A stretch of DNA of 64,000 bases from a virus (lineage: Duplodnaviria; Caudoviricetes). The notes below the pieces were generated by a model. That model was not told where the DNA came from and did no database searches. It saw only the letters and a list, made by a program, of their open reading frames with translations. Positions within the stretch are counted from its first letter, which is position 1. Each line of letters begins with the position of its first letter. The translations under genes were made by a program, and so were the position numbers. This document shows, piece after piece, positions 37,430-47,510 of the stretch. The stretch spans positions 352,001 through 416,000 of IMG/VR virus record IMGVR_UViG_3300021431_000075; one strand, 5' to 3'.

Positions 37430-38479
37430 ATGAGAAAAAGCAAAGTATTTTTTATGATTGCGGCTCTTATGCTCGCAATTACAGCAACCGCACAGAATTT
37501 CAATGGTAAGGCTAACTTCTTGGACAACTGGTCCGTTGGTCTCAATGGCGGCGTACAGACGAATCTTCATGACTGGAACAAGCCTCAGGGTGCAATCGTT
37601 GGTCTTAACATCGACAATGAGTTCACTCCTGTATATGGCATTACCCTTGAAGCAGTTGCAGGTTTTAACAACAATGCTAACATGTTCGGTAGGAACTTGA
37701 AAAAGATGACTCGCCATCAGGCGTTTTCACATGGTGGAACATTTGTTGAAGACCTGAGCATATTCGTTGATGGTAGAATGAATCTTACAAATGCATTCCT
37801 GGGTTACAATGGAACTCCACGACCATTTGAAGTAGGTGCTCTTGTCGGTGTTGGTTACGAGCGTGTGTTCAACAATGCGCAGTATAGTAAGAGAAATGCA
37901 ATCCTTGCAAAGACTGGTCTTAATTTTAACTTTAATCTCGGCGAATCCAAGGCTTGGACTTTCAATGTGCAGCCGTCTGTTGTTTGGAACGTATCAAAGC
38001 CAAAGGAATTTAATGCAAATTTCGGCGTATTCCAGTTGACAGCAGGTATTGTATATCATTTCAAGACATCCAACGGCACACACCATTTCACAAATGCAAA
38101 ACTTTGGGATGGTGCTCAGATTGCACGTTTGAACAGAAAGATCAAGGAACTTGAAGACAGAAAGCCTCAGGTGATTGAGAAAGTCAAGTATGTCAATGCA
38201 CAGGAGAAGTATGTTGTTACATTCTTCTTCGATAGCGATGAAATCTCTGAAACCGGCAAGGCTGAACTTAACAAGATTGGCAACAATGCAGTAGTGGTTG
38301 TTGATGGTTATGCAAGTGTTGAACCTACTTCCAATGAAGACTATCAGGTAGAGCTTTCACAGCGCCGTGCGGATGCAGTTAAGGAGTATCTTAAGAAGCG
38401 CGGTGTTCGAGTTGATAGCGCGATTGGTCATGGTTCGAATGATGAGTTCGGTCGTGTTGTTGTCGTGAGATACAAGTGA
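37430..38479 (+). CDS. OmpA-family outer membrane protein (Bacteroidetes type)
   Basis: Signal peptide; beta-barrel (DNWSVGLNGG...YHFKTSNGTHHF); PG-binding domain LSQRRADAVKEYL. Confidence 0.92.
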   Translation: MRKSKVFFMIAALMLAITATAQNFNGKANFLDNWSVGLNGGVQTNLHDWNKPQGAIVGLNIDNEFTPVYGITLEAVAGFNNNANMFGRNLKKMTRHQAFSHGGTFVEDLSIFVDGRMNLTNAFLGYNGTPRPFEVGALVGVGYERVFNNAQYSKRNAILAKTGLNFNFNLGESKAWTFNVQPSVVWNVSKPKEFNANFGVFQLTAGIVYHFKTSNGTHHFTNAKLWDGAQIARLNRKIKELEDRKPQVIEKVKYVNAQEKYVVTFFFDSDEISETGKAELNKIGNNAVVVVDGYASVEPTSNEDYQVELSQRRADAVKEYLKKRGVRVDSAIGHGSNDEFGRVVVVRYK

Positions 38480-38503
38480 TTGCTGCAACACAAACACAAA
38501 AAT

Positions 38504-38538
38504 GAAACCGGTAAGCATTGCTTATCGGTTTCTTCTTT
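38504..38538. terminator. Terminator between convergent genes
   Basis: gaaaccggtaagc / gcttatcggtttc. Confidence 0.75.
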
Positions 38539-38553
38539 ATATATGTTTTTGAT

Positions 38554-41500
38554 TTAAGCGTCTTCTGTAGTGATGAATCCGTCGAAATGCGTATTTGCAA
38601 ACTGCATAGTGATTCTTTGTGTCTTTCGCTTCTGTGGAATTTGTGGATAGAACACTTGCGAAGAACCGGATGCTCTTTGCTGTTGCGTTTGACCATTTGT
38701 AAGTCTGTATGTAGATGGTGTTGATTGTGCAAAGTTTGCGTTTGGCATCTGTTGTGACTGTGGTGCTTGTGCAGCAGAACCATTGACGCTGTTTGTGAGT
38801 TCGAGCAGTTCCTTGATTCCCTGGAAGTTCTCGATAATCTTGTTCTTGTCAAGCGTTTCGATTTTTTCAGATAGTTTTTCGATGCTTGCAGCCATTCCGT
38901 CAACCATCTTTGCAAAATCTTCAAGTGCCTTGTTTCTCTTTCTCTCGTTATCGACAAGTGTTTTGTCGAATTTCTTAAGCGCACTTTCTGCTTTGTTCAT
39001 CTTGCTTGTGAATGTTACGAACTTCTTCTCGCTATGAACCACTACTTTGGTGAACTTTGTCAGGTCTGTTCCGAACATGTTCAACGCACGTCTGCTTGCA
39101 TTTGCTCTGTCTGCAAGTTGCGGTTGTGTCAATACTTCAATGTCCTTGATGAACTGCATGCATGCATTTGTCATGTCTGCATTCTTCATGGCTTTTGTCA
39201 AGTCATTCAGATTTGCAGCAATCTTGATGAGGCTTGATGTGTACGGAATGACGGACTCAATCTCTTTCGGATCAATATCCTTGATTCTTGCAAGGTTGTC
39301 TTTTGAAATCGTGTACTCGATGACGCTGAACAGTTTCTCTGTATTGTCTATTGACAGAGCGGCAAAGTTCTTGTCCGAGAATATTGAAGTCATTTCATTG
39401 TATGGACTCTTGAATGAATGGATGAGCTTCTTAATCTTGTCAAGGTTCTTTGTTGTGTTCTCCAGAGTCTTTTCAACAGAATCGTTTCCGAGTTTTCCGC
39501 AGATGATGGATATGAAATCTGTGAACGACGATGACATGATGTTGGCAGTAGATGCAACCTTATTGAAGTTCTTCTTTTCAATGGTTTCAAGAACCAAGTT
39601 TGTCAAGTCACCTACAGCGTTGACAAGAAGTCCGATGTCTGCGAGATTGTTAAGCAAGATTCCGACTTTATTCTTCTTTACAGTTTTTTCTTTGAATTTT
39701 GTAGTTTCTGTTGATGAGAACAAACTCTTTTTCTTTTCTGTATATGCTTCATATTCAGTAACATCTATCTCGTATTTGCTCAATGAATTATAGAGCGTCT
39801 CGACAAAACTGGTAAATCCCTTTGAAACAGCATTCGAAGTTTTCAGGAATTTTTGAGGATCGAATTTAATCATTTTCCTGACTTCCTGACCGTTTTCCAT
39901 GAATGTGAATTCTTTTCCATCCATGATTCCGTATATGGTGTTCGTGAACTCAACGATGCTATCAACTACTGGCTTGATTCCGTTCTTAAGACTATTGAAT
40001 ATATCGCCTGCTTTCTTGGAGAACGGAGCGATTGCTTCTCCGAATGTGATGATGAAGTTTGCGAACCCAGATGCAATGACAGTTGCAGCCTGCTTGAATT
40101 CCACAGGAGTGAATTTTCTGAACTTGGTCGGATTTCCGTTCTTGTCCCATTCTGTTTCTATCTTTGAATTCAAAGCACTTAACACTGTATTCGTGAACGT
40201 GTTGACAGCCATGACAATCGGTTTGATTCCGACTGCGAGTTTTGCAATAGTACCGAGTGATATGCTCTTCAAAGAGTCCATTCCCTTTGAGAGTTCAACC
40301 ATGAATACTCTGAATGTTACAGATACGGTTACTGCGGCATCTCTGAACTTGGACATCGAGAGTGTTTCATAAGCCTTAGGTGTTCCGTCCGTATTCCATT
40401 CGGTTACATACTTCATTGATGAGAGTTTTCCGACAACATCGACGAATGTTGAAATCGTGTTGAATATTGGCTGGATGTTCTTAAGAATGATTCTTGCCTT
40501 TGATGAACTTATCAGACCTATGTTGTTCAGCGAGTCGCAGATGTTCTTTACAGCGTCGAAAATGTTGTTTCCGTTTGATGTTCTTCCGCTTGGCTTAAAC
40601 AGTCTCTCAAGTTTTCCGACTTCTTCCGGAGTTAAATTATATGCATTGATTTTCTTGATGATTCTTGCAAGAGGCTCTATGACGTTCGAGAGTTTGGATA
40701 TGACAGAACCGATTGAACCAATAGTCATCTTTCCTTTTAGCATCGCGATTGATGTTGCTGGACTCAACGTCATCTTTCCGATAGCGGAAATGAGTTTCGT
40801 CATTTCAGAAAGCATCATCTTGATTGCTTCAGAACCGGATTTCATAACTGAACGGTTCCTTGTCGCTATGTTAGCCATGGAAACATATTTAGGAATAACT
40901 CCATTAAGACCGCGCATGACTGCAGCGATTCCTGTGACCGCTCCGGCTCCTAACGCAAGGACTATTGCTTGTGGACCGAATATGAGCGCGCCGACTGCTC
41001 CGATGATAAGTCCCCAAGACATGATGATTTCCTTGATTGCTGCTGAACCTGACTTGATGTTCTGCTTGTTCCTGTTAATCATCAATGCCGTCTTTGTATA
41101 TGAAGGAAGCATCTTTCCGATAGCCCAGAGAACAGCAGATATTCCGGTAACGGCTCCTGCACCCAATGCAAGTATTGCGGCTTGCGGTCCGCTAATCAGC
41201 GCGCCGATAGCACCCATGATGATCCCCCATACACCGATGGTCCCCGCTATTTCAAGACCGCCGTCTGTTATTCTCTTTGCATCTTTCTCCATCATCAATG
41301 CGGTCTTTATATATGATGGAAGCATCTTTCCGATAGCCCAGAGAAGAGCGGTTACGCCGCCTATTGTAGCGATTCCCTTGACAATAGACATTCCATTGAT
41401 TTTTCCTGTTGCTGCAACAATCAAGCCGAATGCTCCGATTGTGGCAACAACAACTTTCGAGCCTTCTGCTGCTTTTTCCGCATCTGCTCCGATTGGAATG

Positions 41501-44500
41501 ATGAGTTCTTTTATAATATATGAAACGCCTGCAAGAAGAACAGCGCTCAAACCTATTGCAACGGCACCTTTGATGACTTCGTTCTTCTTAAGAACTTTTC
41601 CTGTCAGAGCGACAATCGCTCCCATTCCGGCAATGAGTGCTGCAACCACTATGCTTCCGTTCTTTGCCGGTTCCCATTGCTCGCCAATAGGGATAATCAG
41701 ATGCGTTATGATGGCGCTTGTCGCGACAAGCATGATGCCTATTGCTGCAAGCGTGAGCGTTCCTGAACGGAGATCGGAGTTCTTGATGAGAGACAGTCCC
41801 CAGACGATAGCAGTCATTACGCTGATGATGCCGAGAACGATTACGGAACCGGCAATGACTTCCTTGCTTGATTGAGCGATAGCAGGGAACAGCACTGCAG
41901 CAATTATAGAGACTGCGGCAAGCATCGTTGTCAGGACGGCAAGAGTCTTATGTGCTTCTTTTAGATTGCGTCTCGGAATGAACTTTGTCATAAAGAGCAC
42001 TATTGAAGAAAGACCGAACACGACTGCCGATACGACAGCAAGTCCTACTGCAACATTTCCCATATTGTCTCCAATCTTAGGAAGGATGAATGCAGCAACA
42101 AGTGATATTGATGCAAACATCGTAGTTAAAGTCAATAGAGTCGAGTTTGCTTCATGTAAGTCTTTTCTTTCTATCTTTTTTGCAAGATGGTACACTATCA
42201 ACCCCATTGTTGCAATGACTAACAATACTACAGTTGACCCTATGATAGCAGTATCTATGTTGTCTGCTATTTTCGGAAGAACTAATGCTGCGATGAGAGA
42301 TATTGACGCGAACATCGTTGTAAGAGTCAATAGTGTCGAGTTTGCTTCTCTCAAGTCTTTCCTTTCTATCTTTTTAGAGAGTCCGTACACCATCAAGCCC
42401 ATTGTGGAGATGACAGACATGACTACTATTTCGCCTAATGCAACATTTCCGAAGTTCTCCCCAATCTTCGGCAGGATGTACGCGCTTAACAGAGAAATCG
42501 CTGCGAACGAAGTCATCAGGATAGCAAGAGTCTTGTTTGCTTCATCAAGTTTCTTGTTATCGAGTTTTGATAGAGATGTGACAATCTTTCCCATTATCAG
42601 CATGACAGCGGAAACGACGGCTCCACCGGCAAGCGCCGGACCGAAGTTCTCTCCAATCTTTGGAAGAATGAACATGCTGATGAGCGAGACTGCTCCGAGA
42701 ATCGCAGTCATCTTTGTCAGGTTGTCAACTGCGTTTGAATAGTCTTTGTTCGACTTTTCAAGAATCTTATTGACTGCAAGCATGGTTCCGCCAACAACAA
42801 GACCGATGACAGTTACTCCAAGAGCAATGTCTGCCAGTTCGTTGTTTTTGGCTATATATGTCATTATGCCGATGGAGATTGACGCAGAGAGAAGAATCGT
42901 TGACATACCCTGCATCGTATTCTTCATTGCTTCGCCGTTTGCTTTGTAGTCTTTGGACATCCAGATGCTTAAAGTCATTACGGAAGCAATCATCGTGAAT
43001 GCTACTGCAATCTTTCCAATAGAGTCCCAGTTGACAAAGTCCATCAGGTTTGCTGCTACTGTCAATAGGACGACATTGCCGGTTAGTAACGTGATGACTT
43101 TTGCAACATCATTCAAACTGCTTGCTCCAGCCTTGATGTCTTTGTCTGATGATGAGACTTTCTTGACAATCGACAGCATTGCTGCAGTGAACAAAGTGAC
43201 CAGACCCATCGAGGCGATGATGTTGTGCGCTCCAAGCAAGGCGATTGATGCACCGATGAGCATGATTGAAGATGTTAAGAGCAAGATTCCCTGACCGAGC
43301 GGCTTCATTGAAGCGGTGAAGATGTCAATCTGCTTGACTCTGTCAGTGTTCATTCCCTTCAGCAGGTTCGTGACAAACGCGTTGATTGATTTTCCGAACT
43401 TCTCGTTTAGAACAGGCTTGAGCATCATCAGTCCAACCGCGCTGGTCGCGCCGAGTGATGACAATGCGCGAACCATCTTGACCACGGATTCCATATTAGA
43501 TTTCGAATCTGGAATCTCGTCTGTCAATGCCTTGAAGAATGCGCCGATTTCGATGCCGTTCTTATATGACAGCATCTTCTTGATTTTCCTGAAGTCTTTT
43601 GCTGTAAATTTAGAAAGGAGACTAATCAGGGATGTCACGGATGCGATGACAGGCGAAGCGATGCTGCCATCCTCGTTGTACATAAGAGGAATCTTGTCAA
43701 GGATACCCTTGAAGAACAATCCGATTTCCTTTCCGTTCTCATATGACATTATCTTCTTTAGTTGCTTGAATGACAGCGGGCTGTTCGGATCCGTGAACCT
43801 TGACATTATATAAATCAGGTTCGACAAACCGTCTATCTGGATTGTTATCTCTTCGTTTGGTATGCTTTCTGCAATCGCGTTGATGAAGTTTCCGATTGCT
43901 CTTCCTATGAGCCTTCCCTTTGCCGGCATGAACAGCGTCCTTATGGACAGTTGCTGTTTTTCTATGATGTCGTTGATTGAAGAGAATGTCTTGATGATTG
44001 AAGAAATCGATGCATTTACAGTTTCTTCGTTAACTGAACGTGCAACGGACTTGCTGAACTTGTCTATGAAACCGGCGATTGAATCAGCAACCTTGACATC
44101 TATGTTCTCAAGATTGTTTATGCTGTCTATTACGTCATTGTTTATTGCTTTGAATGCGGAAAGCAGCATAACAAGCTTGTTTATGTTGTTGATGTCAGAT
44201 TTCTTTATGTCGAATGATTTTGCAAATTCGGTTATCGTTCTTCCAAGTTCCGGATTGAATGCATAACTGAATGCATCAATCGACCAAAGTTTGTCTAAGT
44301 TGACTGATAGTGCATCAATAAGATTTGACATATTAAACAAAGCATCCGGATTCAGTTTCGCGAACTTGTTTATGGAATCTATTATTTTGGTGTCAATCTT
44401 GCCGAGGCTGTTTATCTTGTCAATGACATTGTCATCCAGTGTGTTGAATGATGATAAAGCCGCAATGACCTTGTTGATGTTAGATATGTCTGAGGAGTTG

Positions 44501-45063
44501 ACATTGAAAGATTCTGTGAAAGATGATAATGTTTTTCCTAAATCGGGATTCAAGATGCTCTTGAATTGGTCGAATGTGTGGATTTTGTCTATATCAATAG
44601 ACAGAGTATTGATTAGTTCAGTGATGTTCTTCAACGCGCTCGGTTCTATATTCGTGAAGTAGTTGATTGAATCAACGATTCTTGAATCTATTTTTCCGAG
44701 AGTTGAGAGAGCGTTTGCGATGGACAATACGGAATCTCCGTTATATGAGTTCAAGTCTATGTTGTTGAGAGAGGAACCTATAGTCGATATGATTGATGCT
44801 ACATTTTGACCGTCGGTTTTTGTGATTCCGGATTCTTTGAACATTTTCATTCCGCGGGCAAGTGCCTCTACTTGTTCGCCTACTGACTGTGTCTTTTCAG
44901 AAGACACAGTTGCACCGCCAAGCAATTCAGAAATCAAGTCTGCAGTTTCATTGTTGCTGGATTGCTTGTTTTGGTTAATGCGGTTCTCGTAGAAGTCATT
45001 GACAACCGATGATATGATGTTTAGTATGCCGTTTAGTGCTTCCTCGCTTGTGTATTGAGCCAT
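38554..45063 (-). CDS. Tape-measure-like protein (2169 aa)
   Basis: Very long helical Ala/Gly/Ile/Ser-rich ORF with a central block of about 65-71-aa hydrophobic repeats. Confidence 0.65.
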   Translation of the reverse strand: MAQYTSEEALNGILNIISSVVNDFYENRINQNKQSSNNETADLISELLGGATVSSEKTQSVGEQVEALARGMKMFKESGITKTDGQNVASIISTIGSSLNNIDLNSYNGDSVLSIANALSTLGKIDSRIVDSINYFTNIEPSALKNITELINTLSIDIDKIHTFDQFKSILNPDLGKTLSSFTESFNVNSSDISNINKVIAALSSFNTLDDNVIDKINSLGKIDTKIIDSINKFAKLNPDALFNMSNLIDALSVNLDKLWSIDAFSYAFNPELGRTITEFAKSFDIKKSDINNINKLVMLLSAFKAINNDVIDSINNLENIDVKVADSIAGFIDKFSKSVARSVNEETVNASISSIIKTFSSINDIIEKQQLSIRTLFMPAKGRLIGRAIGNFINAIAESIPNEEITIQIDGLSNLIYIMSRFTDPNSPLSFKQLKKIMSYENGKEIGLFFKGILDKIPLMYNEDGSIASPVIASVTSLISLLSKFTAKDFRKIKKMLSYKNGIEIGAFFKALTDEIPDSKSNMESVVKMVRALSSLGATSAVGLMMLKPVLNEKFGKSINAFVTNLLKGMNTDRVKQIDIFTASMKPLGQGILLLTSSIMLIGASIALLGAHNIIASMGLVTLFTAAMLSIVKKVSSSDKDIKAGASSLNDVAKVITLLTGNVVLLTVAANLMDFVNWDSIGKIAVAFTMIASVMTLSIWMSKDYKANGEAMKNTMQGMSTILLSASISIGIMTYIAKNNELADIALGVTVIGLVVGGTMLAVNKILEKSNKDYSNAVDNLTKMTAILGAVSLISMFILPKIGENFGPALAGGAVVSAVMLIMGKIVTSLSKLDNKKLDEANKTLAILMTSFAAISLLSAYILPKIGENFGNVALGEIVVMSVISTMGLMVYGLSKKIERKDLREANSTLLTLTTMFASISLIAALVLPKIADNIDTAIIGSTVVLLVIATMGLIVYHLAKKIERKDLHEANSTLLTLTTMFASISLVAAFILPKIGDNMGNVAVGLAVVSAVVFGLSSIVLFMTKFIPRRNLKEAHKTLAVLTTMLAAVSIIAAVLFPAIAQSSKEVIAGSVIVLGIISVMTAIVWGLSLIKNSDLRSGTLTLAAIGIMLVATSAIITHLIIPIGEQWEPAKNGSIVVAALIAGMGAIVALTGKVLKKNEVIKGAVAIGLSAVLLAGVSYIIKELIIPIGADAEKAAEGSKVVVATIGAFGLIVAATGKINGMSIVKGIATIGGVTALLWAIGKMLPSYIKTALMMEKDAKRITDGGLEIAGTIGVWGIIMGAIGALISGPQAAILALGAGAVTGISAVLWAIGKMLPSYTKTALMINRNKQNIKSGSAAIKEIIMSWGLIIGAVGALIFGPQAIVLALGAGAVTGIAAVMRGLNGVIPKYVSMANIATRNRSVMKSGSEAIKMMLSEMTKLISAIGKMTLSPATSIAMLKGKMTIGSIGSVISKLSNVIEPLARIIKKINAYNLTPEEVGKLERLFKPSGRTSNGNNIFDAVKNICDSLNNIGLISSSKARIILKNIQPIFNTISTFVDVVGKLSSMKYVTEWNTDGTPKAYETLSMSKFRDAAVTVSVTFRVFMVELSKGMDSLKSISLGTIAKLAVGIKPIVMAVNTFTNTVLSALNSKIETEWDKNGNPTKFRKFTPVEFKQAATVIASGFANFIITFGEAIAPFSKKAGDIFNSLKNGIKPVVDSIVEFTNTIYGIMDGKEFTFMENGQEVRKMIKFDPQKFLKTSNAVSKGFTSFVETLYNSLSKYEIDVTEYEAYTEKKKSLFSSTETTKFKEKTVKKNKVGILLNNLADIGLLVNAVGDLTNLVLETIEKKNFNKVASTANIMSSSFTDFISIICGKLGNDSVEKTLENTTKNLDKIKKLIHSFKSPYNEMTSIFSDKNFAALSIDNTEKLFSVIEYTISKDNLARIKDIDPKEIESVIPYTSSLIKIAANLNDLTKAMKNADMTNACMQFIKDIEVLTQPQLADRANASRRALNMFGTDLTKFTKVVVHSEKKFVTFTSKMNKAESALKKFDKTLVDNERKRNKALEDFAKMVDGMAASIEKLSEKIETLDKNKIIENFQGIKELLELTNSVNGSAAQAPQSQQMPNANFAQSTPSTYRLTNGQTQQQRASGSSQVFYPQIPQKRKTQRITMQFANTHFDGFITTEDA

Positions 45064-45119
45064 CAGAGTTTGTTCCCGATTTGTAGTTTTGTGTTAAAGC
45101 AAAATAAATAAGAAGATGT

Positions 45120-45464
45120 CTATTTTGTTGCAAGTCTTCTTTTAGAGACTACGAACAATGAAGGATTCAGCGACTTTACGGTATAGACGATATTTGAGCG
45201 GCTGTCGAACAATGTTCGGAAATAGTATGTTGTTTGTGTTTCATCATCAATGAAAGCAGCTGCAACCCACTTGGAGAATGCGGGGAGTTTGTCGGCTTTG
45301 ACCAGAGAGTCGAGACCGGCAGCGTTCAGAGTATCAGGCTTCAATGTCTTTGCGGAAGATATGGAAACTCCGTATATGTTCTCGGAAGAAGATATATCTT
45401 TCGTCTTACATGCTGTCATGCAAACGATGCATATCATGCTAATTATAAAGATAATGCGTTTCAT
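45120..45464 (-). CDS. Lipoprotein
   Basis: MKR plus hydrophobic stretch and MTAC lipobox; late promoter upstream. Confidence 0.75.
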   Translation of the reverse strand: MKRIIFIISMICIVCMTACKTKDISSSENIYGVSISSAKTLKPDTLNAAGLDSLVKADKLPAFSKWVAAAFIDDETQTTYYFRTLFDSRSNIVYTVKSLNPSLFVVSKRRLATK

Positions 45465-45484
45465 TACTGGATAGTTTGTTTAGA

Positions 45485-45492
45485 TATTTATT
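45485..45492 (-). promoter_or_regulatory. Late-type promoter AATAAATA
   Basis: Heads the lipoprotein/tape-measure unit. Confidence 0.6.
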
Positions 45493-45498
45493 TGTATA

Positions 45499-45529
45499 TT
45501 TAAACTTTTCCGCTTATTGAGAGTATACT
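45499..45529 (+). promoter_or_regulatory. Phage promoter TTTAAAC-N17-GTATACT
   Basis: Recurrent motif, divergent from the late promoter. Confidence 0.75.
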
Positions 45530-45593
45530 TTGTACAAATCTAATTCACCTGACAATGCGAAAATAATTAACAACATAATAAAAACGATAGATA

Positions 45594-46274
45594 ATGATGA
45601 AAAAGAGAACCAATCTTCTACGATTCAGCAACCGGTTCAAGATGATGCTACCTTTTGCATTCATTGCTATCTGTTCTGCTCTTATTGCAAGAACTTTTGC
45701 ACACACGGATGTGCGAACAATCAATGACAAGTCGTTTTTGAACAGCGACACATTATTAATAGAACCGGCTGCTGACAGACTTAAATTGATGAAGGATTCG
45801 GCTAATCAGATTAAAGAGAATCTTATCAAAGAAGTCTTTGACTACATCAAGAAAGCGGCTCCCAAAAGCAGAATGAGCGCACAAAACATTGTAAATCAAT
45901 GTATTGATAAAGAATACGACATTACTTTGCTGCTTGCACAAGGACATCAGGAGACGCATTTTGCAACTTGCGGAAGCAACAACTGCTTTGGAGTTGTCGG
46001 AAAAAGATACAGTCACCCGGATGAGTCTGTTTCAGGATACATCAATTTGATGCAGCGCAGATACATCGGAAACAAGACGACAGAGCAGGTCCTTGCATCG
46101 AATATACAATACATAGGAAGCAAGAACACGCATTATTCGACAAGTTCGAATTATGGTTCGATAATCTCTGCAATCCGCAACAAGATTCTTGTAGATACGA
46201 ACATACACAAGTTGTTCACTGATGTAGTGGAAATCAACAGGCGCATTGACATGCTTGATGTTGTTTTGGATTAA
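45594..46274 (+). CDS. Membrane-anchored/secreted lysozyme-fold peptidoglycan hydrolase (GH73 glucosaminidase-like)
   Basis: N-terminal hydrophobic helix; LLAQGHQETHF...NNCFGV...YSTSSNY resembles AQxxxESxxG/NNxFGI/YATDxxY. Confidence 0.65.
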   Translation: MMKKRTNLLRFSNRFKMMLPFAFIAICSALIARTFAHTDVRTINDKSFLNSDTLLIEPAADRLKLMKDSANQIKENLIKEVFDYIKKAAPKSRMSAQNIVNQCIDKEYDITLLLAQGHQETHFATCGSNNCFGVVGKRYSHPDESVSGYINLMQRRYIGNKTTEQVLASNIQYIGSKNTHYSTSSNYGSIISAIRNKILVDTNIHKLFTDVVEINRRIDMLDVVLD

Positions 46275-46292
46275 GTTATAAATTTATTTCAT

Positions 46293-46862
46293 ATGGCTAA
46301 GAAAACAAAGGCTACCGCGAAGAAGAATAGCGGTGAAATAGAACAGTTCGACTTGTTTAGCGGTTCGGTGGTTACACAAGAGCCTGCTGACAAGGATGAT
46401 GATTTTGCTGTCGAGAAACTATCTCCGTTTTCGATTATAAACATGATGTTTTATAATGCTGCCGGATTCTATGCAATCGACAGGAAAGAACTTGCAAAGC
46501 ATTTCTTCATGATCAATAGGACTATGTCTGTGAAGTATCCTTTGCAGGCACAGTTCTTTAATGTGAACGGAGTCAATCAGGGAGATGTCGTGCAGTTCTG
46601 GCAGAAGTTTATCAGGAGCGCGGAACCCGGAAACAGAGTTCCTGCTTTCGTGCGTGATGTCGGAGTCAAGAAAGAGAAGATGCTGGATACGATAGACCAG
46701 TCTGTTATTATTGACTATTGCAAGTTTTATTCTTTGTCAAAGAAGGATTTCAGCGATATGTTGACATTCAAGTATGATGAGACTGTTGATGATGTGAAGA
46801 ATTTCATATCTATTCATTACAAGGCTGAAATTCTGAAGAAAATCAAGAGCAAAAAGTTATAA
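46293..46862 (+). CDS. Probable clamp loader small subunit (T4 gp62-like)
   Basis: LSPFSIIN...FFMINRTMS resembles gp62 PF...FMINRxLS. Confidence 0.5.
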   Translation: MAKKTKATAKKNSGEIEQFDLFSGSVVTQEPADKDDDFAVEKLSPFSIINMMFYNAAGFYAIDRKELAKHFFMINRTMSVKYPLQAQFFNVNGVNQGDVVQFWQKFIRSAEPGNRVPAFVRDVGVKKEKMLDTIDQSVIIDYCKFYSLSKKDFSDMLTFKYDETVDDVKNFISIHYKAEILKKIKSKKL

Positions 46863-46871
46863 GTTTTATAT

Positions 46872-47510
46872 ATGGTTTATGAAAAGAAGATTATCGATGT
46901 TCTTACGAACTCGATAAAGATTGGCTTTTCCGAACTGGAGAATGTTGATTATCCGTCAAAGAAGTTCTTTATCAATATCGCGAATATTAAGATTGAACTC
47001 GATGAGCAAAACGGAAAGCGGGATGGAATCATTCATTTGATGAATCAGTCCATCGATGTCAGTTACATCAAGGCTTGGAAGTCATATGCGCCCGGACATT
47101 TCTTGTGCATGGACTATAAGAAGGACAACCGTGACAAGGATGGAAAGAGTCCGTATTATATTATCAAGTACAAGCACGGAAACCTTACGATGAAGGCTCT
47201 TGTGCGCTATCTGTTCGAGGTTGACGAGAACATAGGTTCTGCTATGGATATCCAGAAGATGCTTGATGACTATGACGACTTCGAGGTTGATGGACGCCAT
47301 TATGCAGTCATCAAGATTTGCAATATGGACAAGTGGGGTGATGGATGGTTGACGCCAGAGACCAATAGGATAGACATCATTCATTCTAATGCCATCGAAT
47401 ATGGAGATTATTTCGATGAAGAAGATGAAGAAGATGATGAAGAGAATGAAGATGAAATCTTTGAGAATGGTGAAGAAGAAGGAGAAGAATATGAAGAGCC
47501 TTTGATATGA
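46872..47510 (+). CDS. Hypothetical protein with acidic C-terminal tail
   Basis: 212-aa ORF ending in a D/E tract. Confidence 0.8.
   Translation: MVYEKKIIDVLTNSIKIGFSELENVDYPSKKFFINIANIKIELDEQNGKRDGIIHLMNQSIDVSYIKAWKSYAPGHFLCMDYKKDNRDKDGKSPYYIIKYKHGNLTMKALVRYLFEVDENIGSAMDIQKMLDDYDDFEVDGRHYAVIKICNMDKWGDGWLTPETNRIDIIHSNAIEYGDYFDEEDEEDDEENEDEIFENGEEEGEEYEEPLI

Noticed and set aside
39047-44662. Long + strand ORFs (e.g. 40457-41875, 472 aa)
   Set aside because: Antisense shadows of the repetitive hydrophobic tape-measure-like gene; no motifs or expression signals.
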